Shown piece by piece: positions 15,871 to 28,803 of a DNA stretch of 64,000 nucleotides; the stretch's first letter is position 1; every line of letters begins with the position of its first letter. Source of the stretch: the human T2T-CHM13v2.0 reference genome, Homo sapiens. The stretch lies in assembly GCF_009914755.1 (NCBI RefSeq), contig NC_060928.1; one strand, 5' to 3'. The notes beneath the pieces were generated by a model that did no database searches, was not told the DNA's origin, and worked only from the letters and a program-made list of their open reading frames with translations. The position numbers and the translations under genes were made by a program.

Positions 15871-17072
15871 CCTTTGTCTCGTTTTGGTATCAGTGTAATA
15901 CTGACCTCTTAGAATGAATTTAGAAGTATCCCCTTCTCTCTGTTTCAGAATAGTTTGAGTAGGATTGGTATTACTTCTTAAATGTTTGGTAGAATTCAGC
16001 AGTGAAGCCATCATGTCTCAGGCTTTTTTTTGCTGTGGGACTTTTTATTACCACTTTGATCTCGTTACATGTTACTAGTCAAATAACATTCAAGTTATTG
16101 GTTCAAGTAATTGGGTTTCTACATGGTTCAATCTTGATAGGTTGTATGCATCTAGAACTTTATCCATTTCTTCTGGATTTTCCAATTTACGGGTATCTAG
16201 TTGCTCATAATAGCAACTAATGAGCCTTTGAATTTCTGCAGTATTAGTAGTAATGTTTCCTTTTTCAACTCTGCTTTTATTTATTTGGATCACCTCTCTT
16301 TTTTTCTTAGCTAGTCTGGTTAAAGGTTTGTCAAATTTGTTTAGCTTTTCAGAAAACCAACTTTTAATTTCATTGATCTTTTGTATTGTTTTCTTCATTT
16401 CAATTTCATGTATTTCTGCTCTAATCCTTATTTCTTTTCTTCTTCAAATTTTGGGTTTAGTTTGCTCTTGCTTTTGTAGTTCTTTAATATACATCATTTG
16501 GTTATTTACTTGAAGTTTTTCTTCTTTTTTGATGCAGGCACTTATAGTTATAAACTTCCCTGCTTTTGCTGTATCCCATAGGTTTTGGTATGATGTGTTC
16601 CAATTATCATTTGTTTCAAGACATTTTTCAACGTTCTTCTTAATTTCTTCATTGACGCACCGACCATTCAGAAACATATTGTTTGATTTCTATGTATTTG
16701 TATAGTTTCCAAAATTCCTCATTATTGATTTCTAGTTTTATTCCAATGTGGTTAGAGGAGATGCTTGATTTTATTTAAATTTATATGTGTTTGTTTCATG
16801 AACTAACATATGGTCTATCCTTCAGAATGATTCATGTACTGAGGAGAAGAATGTGTTTTCTATAGCCATTGGATATAATGTTCTATAAATATCGATTAGG
16901 TCCATTTGGTCAATAGTGCAGATTAAGTTCAATGTTTAGTTGTTAATTTTCTGTCTGGAAGATATATCCAACGCTGAAGGTGGGATGTTGAAGTCTCCAG
17001 CTATTATTGTATTGGGGTCGATGTCTCTCTTTAGCTCTAATAATATTTGCATTATATACCTGGATGCTCCAA

Positions 17073-17125
<53 letters not shown>

Positions 17126-17661
17126 TTCAAATTGTTATATCCTCTTGCTGAATTGACCCCTTTATCATTATATAGTGACCCTCTTTGTCTCTTCTTATAA
17201 TTTTTGAAAACTATTTTGTCTGATATAATTATAATTACTCCTGCTCTTTTTTGGTTTTCATTAGCATGAAATATCTTTTTCCACCCTTTATTTTCAGTCT
17301 ATGCTTGTCTTCATAGGTGAAGTGTATTTCTTGCAGGCAACAGATCATTGGGTCTTGTTTTTTCATTTGTCTGTTTTAAAATCTATTCAGCTGCTCTATG
17401 TCTTTTAATCGGAAAGCTTAGTCCATTTACATTCAGTGTTATTATAGACAAGTGAGGATTTATTCCTGTCATTTTGTTGTTTGTTTTCTGGTTGTTTTGT
17501 GGTCTTCCTTCTTTTTTTTTCATTCCTGTCTTCGTTTTAGTGAAGGTGATTTTTCACTGGTGATATGATTTAGTGTCTTACTTTTTATTTTTTGTGTATC
17601 TGTTATATGTTTTTTGGTTTGAAGTTACTATGAGATTTGTAAATACTATCTTATCACCCAT

Positions 17662-17962
17662 TTTTTTATTTTTATTTTTTTGAGACAGAGTCTCACTCTG
17701 TTGCCCAGGCTGGAGTGCAGTGGTGCAATCTCGCTCACTGCAACCTCCAACTCCCGGGTTCACACCATTCTCCTGCCTCAGCCTCCCGAGTAGCTGGAAC
17801 TACAGGTGTCCACCACCACACCCAGCTAATTTTTTGTTATTTTTAGTAGAGACGGGGTTTCACTGTGTTAGCCAGGATGGTCTCGATCTCCTGACCTCAT
17901 GATCTGCCCGCCTCGGCCTCCCAAAGTGCTGGGATTACAGACATGAGCCACCGTGCCCGTCC
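17662..17962 (-). mobile_element. AluY-like element nested in the L1
   Basis: Reverse Alu (gttagccaggatggtctcgatctcc); TSD atcacccatt on both sides. Confidence 0.95.
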
Positions 17963-20900
17963 ATCACCCATTATTTTAAACTGGTAACAACTTAACACTG
18001 TTAGCCTAAAAAATCAAACAAGCAAACAGAAAACTAATAAAGACTCTACACTTTACCTTCATCTCCCACTTTTTAACTTTTTGTTGTTTCTATTTATCTT
18101 CTATATTATCTATGTCTTGAAAAGTTGTTGTAGTTATTATTTTTAATTGGTTCATCTTTTAGTCTATTTAATATGAGAATAGTTTACATATCAGTTACAG
18201 AGTTATAATATGCTGTTTTTTTTCTGTGTATTTACATTACCAGTGAGTTTTGTACCTTCAGATGATTTTTTTTATTGCTCATTAACATCCTTTTTTTCCT
18301 GATTAAAGAACTCCCTTTAGCATTTCTTGTAGGACAGTTCCATTGTTGATAAAGTCCCTCAGCTTTTTTCTGGGAAAAATCTTTATTTCTCCTTCATGTT
18401 TGAAGGATATTTTCACCAGATACACTATTCTAGGGTAAAAGTTTTTTTTTTTTTTTTTTTTTCCTTTAGCTCTTTAAATATGTCATGCCACTCTCTCTTG
18501 GGCTGTAAGGTTTCCACTGAAAAGTCTGCTGCCAAACATATTGGAGCTCCATTGTATGTTACTTGTTTCTTTTCTCTTGCTGCTTTTAGGATCCATTCTT
18601 TATCTTTGACCTTTGGGAGTTTGATTTTTAAATGCGTTGAGGTAGTCTTCTTTGGATTAAGTTCACTTGGTGTTCTATAACCTTCTTGTACTTGAATGTT
18701 GGTATCTTTCTCTAGGTTTGGGAAGTTCTGTGTTATTTTCCCTTTGAATAAACTTTCTACCCCTATCTATTTCTCTACTTCTTCTTTAAGGCCAATAACT
18801 CTTAGATTTGCCCTTGTGAGGCTTTTTTTCTAGATCTTGTAGGAAGGTTTAATTCTTTTTAATTCTTTTTTATTTTATCTCCTCTGACTATGTATTTTCA
18901 AATACCCTGTCTTCAAGGTCAACAATTCCTTCTGCTTGATCAATTCTGCTGTTAAGAGATTCCGTTGCATTCTTTAGTATGTCAATCACATTTTTCAGCT
19001 CCAGAATTTCTGCTTGATTCTTTTTATTTCCATCTTTGCTAAATTTGTCTGACAGAATTCTGATTTCCTTCTCTGTGTTATCTTGAATTTCTCTGAGTTT
19101 CCTCAAAACAACTATGTTGAATTCTTTGCCTTCAAGGTCACTTATCTCTGTTGCTCCAGGATTGATCTTGGTGCCTTACTTAGTTCATTTGGTGCGGTCA
19201 TGTTTTCCTGGATGATCTTGATGCTTGAGGATGTTCAACAATGTCTAGGCATTGAAGAGTTAGGTATTTATTTTAGTCTTTGTAGTCTGGGCTTGTTTGT
19301 ACCTATCCTTCTTTGAAAGGCTTTCCAATTCTTTGAAGGGACTTGAGTGTTGTGATCTAATTTGTATCTGCATTACGGGACTCCTCCAGCCCAATAATGC
19401 TATGGTTCTTGCAGGAGGTAGAGGTACCGCCTTGGTGATCTTGGATAAGATCCAGAAGAATTCTCTGGATTACCAGGTAAATACTTTTGTCTTCTTCCCT
19501 TACTTTCTCCCAAACAGAGTCTCTGTGTGTGTTCTGAGCTGCCTGGAACTGGGGATAGAGTGACATAAGCAACCCATCGCACTACCACTGGGACTACACT
19601 GGGTCAGACCTGAAGCCAGCACAGCACTGGGTCTTGCCAAAGGCCTACTGTAACTACTGCCTGGCTCTACTTATGTACTTATGTTTGCTCAGGGCCCTAG
19701 GGCTGTACGATCATCAAGTGAAGCTAGCCAGGCTTATGTCCTTCCTTTCAGGTCAGTGAGTTCCCCCAGGACCCAGGCAGGCCCAGAGATGCTCTTCAGG
19801 AGTCAGGGCCTGGAGTCAAAAACTTTAGAAATCTGCCTCATGCTCTCTTCTACTGTGGCTAAGCTGGTGCTCAAGCCACAAAACAAAGTCCTTCCCACTT
19901 TTCCTTTCCCTTTGCACAGGCAGGGGTGCCTCTCCCCATAGCCACCACTACCATCACGTGCCCACAATATGGTGGGTACCGCCAGGTGACTGCTGATGTT
20001 CCCTTAAGGCCCAAGGGCTCTTCAGTCAGCTTGTGGTGAATGCTGCCTGGCCTGGGACTCACCTGTCAGGGCAGTGGGCTCCCCTTTGGCCCAGGGCAGG
20101 TCCAGAAATGCTGTCCATGAGCCAATGTCTAGAATCAGGAACCTCAAGAGCCTGCTTGGTGCTCTACCCCACTGTGGTCAAGCTGGTACCTAAGGTTCAA
20201 GACAAAGTCCCCTTTTGTTTTTCCCTCTGCTTATCTCAAGCAGAAGGAATCTCTCACAGTAGGCACCACAGCTCAGAATGTTCTGGGTCTTATCTGAAGC
20301 CAGCAAATCTCAGTCTCACCCAAAGTTCTTGATGTACTATCTGGGTATCGCTGCTGGTTATGCAGGACCCAAGGGATCTTTAGTCAGCAGGTGATGAATG
20401 TTGCCAGGAATGGCTCCCTCTCTTCAAGGCAGCAATTTCTTTCTGGCCCAGGATGTGTCTAGAAACGTCCGTGAGCTAGGGCCTGGAATCGGCGCCTTAT
20501 GACTCTGCCCAGTGCCCTGTGCTACTGTGGCTGAACTGTTATCCAAGTTACAAGACAAAGCCCTCATTTCTCTTCCCTTTTCTCTGCTCAAATGGAAGGA
20601 AGTGGTCCATTTTGGAGCTGTAAGCTGTACTGCCTGGGGTTGGTGGAGGGTTGGCATGGGCACTCCCTTAGCTGCCCTGGCTGGTGTCTCAGTAGGTCGT
20701 ATACCCTCTAAGTTCACTGGTTTCAAGTCCAGCACAGCACTAAGACTTGCCATTCTTGTGGCCTAAGCTGCCTTTTGAGTTTATTTAGGATTTCTGAGCG
20801 CTTTAGCTCACAATGGTGTGTCTTGCCTGAACTCAAGTTCCGACCACTTGGATAGGCAATTCCCCTCTGGCTAGGGCTGTTCTAAATGCTGCCAGCATGA

Positions 20901-21165
20901 GTGGGCATCTGTTGAGTTCAGCCTAGTTTTGTTTTCCACTGTAACAAGGCAGCACTGAGGTCAGTGCAGGGTCCCACAATCGCTGTGCTCTCACTCCCCC
21001 AAGTACACAGATCCTGCGTGCCACGTGGCCGCTGCTGGGGGCTGGGGAGGGATGGTCTTGGCAATTTAAGACTGTCTTTTCTACCCTCTTCAGTGCCTTT
21101 TTCAGTAATATGAAGTTAAAACCAGGTGCTGTGATTGCTCACCTGATTTTTGGTCTTTATGAAGG

Positions 21166-21168
<3 letters not shown>

Positions 21169-21205
<37 letters not shown>
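21169..21205. repeat. (TG)n microsatellite
   Basis: Direct reading. Confidence 0.95.
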
Positions 21206-21207
<2 letters not shown>

Positions 21208-22679
21208 TTGTTAAATTTGGTGTTTCTGGTGGGGGAAAAAGAGGACGATTGGTGAATGCTTCTATTCGACCAGCTTGCTCCACCCTTGAAAAATATTGTC
21301 TTTTAATATGAATCCTAGAATAATAAAATTGATGACCTTCCTTCTGGGTGGTCCCACACATACATATTTATTATGTTTCTATCTTTATTATGTATGTACC
21401 TATGCATTCTTTATATATACATTCTATGTATCCATGTGGCCATCCTATCCATCAGTCCATCTTTATCCCAATCTTCCATTAATAATACAACTGCTAGTTG
21501 TGTGTCAAAGATGGGAAGAAACAGAGAAAACCCCTATGCTGAATATTTTAATTTTCAATTATCTGTTATGAGTGCACCTACTCCTTGTCCAGCCCCATAT
21601 TCCTGGGGGAGTTATATGCACAGAGAAGATGTCAGACAAATGTAATCTTTTTATTCCTAGTTGGAGTATGGCTCACAACCCCTTTCATGGTGAGTTTGGA
21701 CCTAAGAGAGCCACTGGGATGCCTTTTGCTTGGGCTTGAGGCTGCCTGCAGAGGCCTGGGTGGTAACTTGTCCCTATCAGCCCTGTTTTGGCTCTCATAT
21801 GGCTTTCCTAGGTCAAAGAGGCTATGGTGGAAGGCAGTGCACAACCCTCTCCAGTGGCTTCTCCCTAAAAAGTCCTAGAAGAGCTACATCCCATCAGAGA
21901 AATAACACACCCCCAATATGGGAGGACTCTAAAGAGGCCCTGCTACATGAATGAGAAGGCTTTGCCTGCCTCTTAATGTGCCAACTCCTCCATTTCTTAG
22001 CATCATGACACAGTGCTGTCCTTGGCTCTGCCCAAGACCATCAGTCCTTCTCAAGAGTAGGGGGCCAGGAGTGGAGGGGAAGTGCGCTGAGTTAACCCAG
22101 CAGGGTGGATGGGTAACCAACATTGACCTGGAGGCTAAAGACATGGCAACATTCACACCAAATATGATCATTGTATTGGATACCACTTGTTCCCCATCTC
22201 ACAGACTCACCTTATTCTACCTTTTGTTGTAGCAACCAGCTCGGGTCAGATGTCATTGACAGGACCTCCTCTTGGCTTCACCAAGTCGCTCTTGCTGCCT
22301 GCCCAGGGCTTCTTTGCCACCTCAATATTTAGTGTATTCTTTCATTATGTTAAAACTAAATAAAATGTTTCATTATACCTGCTATAAGAAACCATTTACT
22401 CTTCTACAGAAAACATATGAAAAGTGGTTGTCAGAGCTCAGTGGTCACAGTGGCACTGGTGACTTTGAGGAGGCTGGAAGCAATTGGGATGGGAAATGGA
22501 GGGAGCAGAGTTGGAGAGATGAAAGTGGGCAGGGCAAAGCCTCTCTATCCATCTGGCAAACCCCTAACTCATCAAACCAGATCAAACAGTTCAGTAAAAT
22601 ATGTTTAAGCCACCCTCAAGACGACTGCAGGCATTCCAAGCATGGAGAGTTAGCTCTAACCAGACAAGGAAAACTTTAA

Positions 22680-22988
<309 letters not shown>

Positions 22989-25659
22989 TTAGATCTCCCA
23001 ACCTTTGAAGTGAGCAGAAAAATCTTTTTAGTCATTCTTTTCCCTTCACTGAGCCTGTTGTGACTTGAAAATATTGAGTTGCCATTTTTGCTGTAACTGC
23101 CTTACAAGGATTCTGCCTTGCAACCATCTCTTTCAAAAGGCTGACTTTTTCTTGTTTACAACAAGTTGTAGAATCATAGTTGATTATATGTTATATTAGA
23201 GTGGGAAGGGGCCTTAGAGATCATTTAGTTCAGCGCCTCTTTTCATAAGATGCTTAACGGTATGTCTTAATCACAGCCCTAGTTTGTGTCTGAGCCAGGT
23301 TTGTAACTCAGGTAGCCTGACTCCAAGTAATCCAAATTTTCTCACTATACAGGGTAAAAAACCACCTATAAAGAATTGTGTAGGGGGAAATGATTTTGAA
23401 GTGTGAATTGAAGCAGATTCTCTGCTCCAGGTTTATAATTCTACTGAAAACCAAGAACTAATGAACTAATACTTAGCTGTATGAGAAAGGAATTCCAGGG
23501 GAATATAGCAATTGGTTTTTCTTTTCCCTTTTGCACCTCCTATCAGTGTGAGCAGGATCTGAATTTTCCTGTTTTACAGATTCAACTACAAAGAAAGAAT
23601 TATGAACAGAAACTCTACTACTTCATAAAGAAGAAGAGGCCTTGATTAATAAATAACCCTTCAGATGTTGTACAGGGAAAAACGGGGTGCCCCAATTTCT
23701 GGGAGTCACCCCACTTCACTTACCCTGGGGCCTGTTTTACAGGCATTTGCCTGCTTAGTTAATTGTAGTTATTCCCAAAATAAACCCCATTTTGTGTGGG
23801 ACTCTTCTATTCTGAGGGAATGATGTAAGCAAGAATATTGGCTGGAGTATCTTGAATATCTGTGATAGATGGCTCCTTAGAATGAATCTTAAATCTCCAA
23901 GGGACTCCTTTTATCTTGTGATTTTGCTCACAGGTTCTAAGCTGCTGCTGGGAAGGGTTCCAGTTCTATATTCTCTGTCTTCTGGAAGCACTGATGAAAT
24001 CACTCAGCTGCTACCCGCTTCCATCTCTCACTAAGCACCTCTTGGCTCTCCTTCGTCCCCACAGACTGAAGGCATGGAGGTGACTAATGAGATGTGTCTT
24101 CCCCTTCAAATTGTTCACAAGCCCCACATGACCTTTGGCAGGCAGGGGTTCTACTGTGGTGTTTCTGACTGTGGATAAGGGGACATATGTGCTCACCATG
24201 GTTTGCTATTTCTCCTTGCTCTCCTGTGACCGGTGCGGCAGCTCAGTTAAATGGTCAGGCATGGTTCATTGGTGGCCCCCAAACAATCCATCAGCAGTGG
24301 ACACATTATAGAAAACATGGCTTTGAGTCTTAGCTTAAACTATATTTATGTAGCATGACAGTAGGAGAAATATCTAATTGTGCTTGGATTAAAATTCAAT
24401 CAAAGGCCTCATGACTGGCTTGGAGATGCCGGGGTCCACACACCATGTTTTCCAGAGAAGTCAAGATGAGAGAGGATGTGGTCTGTTCTGTCATGAACAG
24501 TTCTGTTTCCAGACCATTTCTCAAAGTCACTGAAGGCCCATTTCTGGGGAAATGATTACTAAACTGATGATTATTTTCTTTGTATTGCTGGCTATTCTCA
24601 ACTTCAGGGAAAATGTAAGGTAGCTGTGGAGTTTAAGGAAAAAAGAATGTGTACACAAAATGAGAAGCCACACCTGCCTGTAGCACTAGCAAAAATCAAA
24701 GAAGTCTGCCTTATTTTAACATTTTCAGTAAACACCAGCCACCTCAACACAAAATTAGTATTTGAATCAAATTAACGTATTTGACTCAATCACCTAAAAA
24801 ATAGCTATTGGATGAAAAAATAAAAGAGAAAATAGTGTCTAATTAGTGACTGGCCATTTTCAAAGTGGCTTCTCCTACATTATCTCATTTTTAAAAAAGT
24901 AAATTTGATCTTTTTAAATGTTAGAGTGAAGTGGTTCACAATTGCTTGAAATAAGCAAAAGACATTATATTTATAAGCATGCAAATTACAAACCAGGCAA
25001 AACAGTCTCTTCTGCTGCTTTATATATTTTTGTCAACCATCATAGATTCATGGAAAGGTCTCAAATAGATAGAACAAAATGGATTTTAAAAAATTGTTTG
25101 AACTTAGCGTGTTTTTCATTTCTTTCTCTCTCTGTCTTTGGTCTCAGTTTCTTTCTCTGGTACCTTCCCTTGAAAGGTGAACTATTATTACTTGCATTTG
25201 GATAGATTATTATTTAGTTTGCAAAACATACCATTTTTCCACTCATTAAAATCTCATAGTTGCCCAACTTCATTAAGATAAATGGAATTATTCATCTGTT
25301 TTCCCCCCTTTGGCTATGGGGTCAATGAAATGATGTTAAGCAGGAGAGGATAGGGCTGGCAAACACTTTTAAATGTCACTAAGTAATTTCAGGAAGGAGC
25401 TGGCCTGCCACTGTCCTGAATGATGGATATGCTCTCAACCTTAATGGCCATTAATGATGTACATAATAACAGTTTGCATTATAACCATCGCTGTTCAACA
25501 CTTGAATTTTGTGACAGTTATAACCAGGAGTGGACACTTCTGAAATCTGATTAAAATACACAGAGAAGTAAAAAACAGAACAAAGCAAGACATAACCCTG
25601 AGACCAACAAGCAGCCAAGGATGGCAAACCAAAAAAGAAAAAGAAACAAGAGTATAGCC

Positions 25660-28600
25660 AACCTTTTTTTTTTTTTAATTAGAGTATATTATACTTTCAA
25701 ACTGGATACACTAGAAATTGGCAATGCAACATAAGATGCAAAGGAATATACCAGTTACTGTCAAAATGACCCTGTACAGCCTCGTAATGCAAAAAGCTTT
25801 ATACAATACAAATTTTCAGTAATGTACACAAACCTTGACAGTATGATCATCTGAACATAATATGAAGAGTTAAAAAAAGGATAGAAGAAAGAAAGTGCTG
25901 AGAACCCTAACTGCATTACTATATGGAAAAATAAGCTAGTTTTCATTGAAGAATGCATAGTGACAACAATTGAAGTTAGTTGGTAGGTGAATTTCTCAAA
26001 GATGTTAGTGTTTTATACGGAAAGGATATCTATGGAATACATCCTTCCCTGAGTATCAAACTGCAAACCAAATTCAGGGGTACATATTTTCTAGGGTGGA
26101 GTCTGAAAAATGCTGTAGATTTTTTTCTTTATTAATAACAATAATAATATAAAAAGTCAAACAAACTCCAAACACACCTTTTCTCACTCAGAAAACTTTT
26201 ATAATTTACCAGAAAGATTGATGACTCTTTCCAAAGTGCTAAAAAAGTTGCCCAATTATATTAAGCATTACTAAGTCATTCAAATACAAGTTCAGTGGCA
26301 AGCAGTGAAATGCATGGCATTTGAGCAGTAAACGTCTCCTTCCTTCACCTCCTCTCGTTCTTGAAAGTTTCAACCCTAGACCTCCTATTGCACAAGTGGC
26401 ATGCTGTAAAACCTATAGTCTGAATTGTCAGGGCCACCCTTTCAGGTTTTTAACCTGCTGGTGCTTAAGTGTGATTCGCCTTTTCTACCAGCCTCTGTGG
26501 GACTACTTTAGCCCTCTTTCCTGTCATCACTGAACTTGTAGTTTTGAAAACACATTATTAGCCAAGTGGCACATTCTCCATTATATGGGGATAAAGACAT
26601 GACTTGAAAACAAAACAAAACAAAACAAAAAACCAACCCACCCATAAGCCCAGTATTCTTGGAGTGTATTGTCCATAACTATCTATAGTGTCTTTTACTG
26701 AGACATTGACGTGGCGAGGTTGAACATCGTTTCAAACCTGGCCAAGAGCAAAGGTCTCTGCTGGAGAATGACTGAGGGTTTGGGAGCTTCCCGCTCCCTG
26801 TGGGCATCTCCTTAGTGTAAACAGGTTTGCCAGGGCACCAAGTAGGCTCCCCATCCATGGCGGGATGACTGGCAAAGGGAGGTGTAGCACACCTACTAGG
26901 TGTGGGGAAGAGGGGCTGGCGTGGAGGGGACTGAGGAGACCATGGTGTGGACAGACAGTACAGTCTTCTGGCTTCCTGTAGAACTGTACTAATTTCCAGG
27001 GAGCTTTCAGCAAAGCAAACTGACTAGAGGAAGAACATTAGGGATGCTTTTATTTTCCCCTGGTGAAACAGATTTTAAAAAACCCCAACTCTTAGGATAA
27101 CACATGATGGAAAACAGCAACACAGTAAGAAAATGTTCCTCCTGTACACCAGTTCTCCAATAGATAAATAATATATAAACTTTTATATTCCAAACTTCCC
27201 ATTATTATACAAAGAACATTTCTTCCTGCTCTTTCAGCCTGTTTCATACTGGAAATTCTGTTGTTTTAAAAATACAAGCAATGAACATATTCAGCCAAAG
27301 ATTTTTTTCCTTTTTTCTTTTTAAATCACCCATTACTTTTTAAGATTAGCAAAGAGCTTTACAACCAACCCACACCTGCTTCCTGCTGCAATAAAGTGCT
27401 GCACATAAATTGCCATTTTAATGACCACAAAATAAGAGCTTTTAAATAAGTATAAAGTTAGCCTCCTAGCAGGTTACATCTACCAGGCGTTAACAAAATG
27501 GAATACAGAATTACTAATAACATGGAGGATACCACGATTAGCCAGAAGATCGGCAAAACACAATGGAAACTTGTCAGGGGCATAAACTGAACCATAGGAC
27601 TAAACAGCACCTTTTTGTTGCGTCATTATATGTCAAAGAGGTTGTGGCTAAATCTTCAAACATACAGTCTACTCATTCCATAAAAAAGGTACATTTTCTT
27701 CCTTTTATTTTACTTTTTTTTTTTCAGATGAGAAACAAAAACTAGTGCAAGACCATAGCACTGTGCAAAACTGCCATTTCTTTTTTTTAGTCTGAGCATT
27801 TATACCCAGAATTTATCCAAACCCCTTTTAATCTCCTTGGCTGGATTTATCAACCATAAATTTTTTCACCCATACATTTCTTTTTCCTGCAAACAAATGG
27901 TAACCACTGAATTAATACATCTCATATATATATATAATCTGCCCTTAAAAAATGATGCACTGTGTGTGTGCACCGTACACATTTGTCTACGTGTGGGCAC
28001 ACACACAAAACACACTTAAGTTCTGTGATGTTAGCTGCAGTGCTGCGAGATATTTCTTCCAGATCAGTCACTTGATTCCTCGCCTCTTCATCACCAGAGA
28101 AGATCTGAGCGCAAGGTCTCCAGCGCTCTGGCGGAAATCTCCAGCAGCACTGTAGATGGCTACCATTCCTTCATCGACTAAGCACCAGGCCCTACCACTC
28201 TGTAGCCATCAAAGAGAGAGGGAAAGGTGATGAAGGAGCACAGGGAGAGACTGTCGTGGATGAACAACCCAGGAGGGAAAAGAACGTTCATCGCTGTTAA
28301 AGAAGCCAGTACAAAGAATGTGCAATAGAAATGTCATGGCACACGACACACGGCTTTCTCTTTCAGAATCCACAAACGCCCACACACCGCATTCACCCAA
28401 CAGAAAACCAAATGCACCAGTATATAAGCTTACAAGTGCTGATTGCTATTAAGGACACTCTCTTTAGGGTTTAACAAGACAAGATTCCTTTCAGAGAAAA
28501 GTACGGAGAAGGGCTGAGAGTGGGAGTGGGTGGCTGGGGAGGCATGCCTCTGAAGGTAGAAGTATGCAGTAGGTCACCTCTCTGAAGATTGGATAAAGCA

Positions 28601-28803
28601 GCTTTCAGGTCAATGCAATAGGTATACACACAGAGCCAATTTTCTATTCCTTACTAAAGATATACAGTACACATGTTCCAGACCCATCGGGGTCTGTAGG
28701 TTTTGCAGCAACATACACCTGCTGGGGTTGTGTTTAAGTTTTGTGGTTTTTTTTTTTTTTTTGTCTTTTGTCTCTCTGTTTTTGGTACAGAACATGGCTG
28801 CCC
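25660..28803 (-). other. ZNF827: ZNF827 3' UTR with several candidate poly(A) signals
   Basis: Transposon-free, U-rich sequence on the minus strand, downstream of the terminal ORF. Minus-strand AATAAA at 27704-27709, 27049-27054 and 26128-26133; ATTAAA at 25674-25679. The distal end is inferred. Confidence 0.7.

Larger units (their letters stand above)
13101..21286 (-). mobile_element. Full-length decayed LINE-1 (L1MA1/2-like): 5'UTR ~19300-21286, ORF1 remnants ~18300-19200, ORF2 remnants ~13600-17600
   Basis: Minus-strand ORF fragments are L1 ORF2-like ([49 protein letters not shown]) and ORF1-like (NQAEILELKN). The 3'UTR near 13110-13600 is L1MA-type. A 16/17-nt TSD tgaaaaat(t/a)ttgtcttt lies at 13084-13100 and 21287-21303. 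Confidence 0.92.

Noticed and set aside
13600-19200. Active L1 ORF1/ORF2
   Set aside because: The ORFs are fragmented by stops, frameshifts, an Alu and microsatellites.
25761-25958. 65-aa hydrophobic ORF in the distal ZNF827 3'UTR
   Set aside because: U-rich UTR sequence naturally yields hydrophobic peptides, and I see no independent coding signal.
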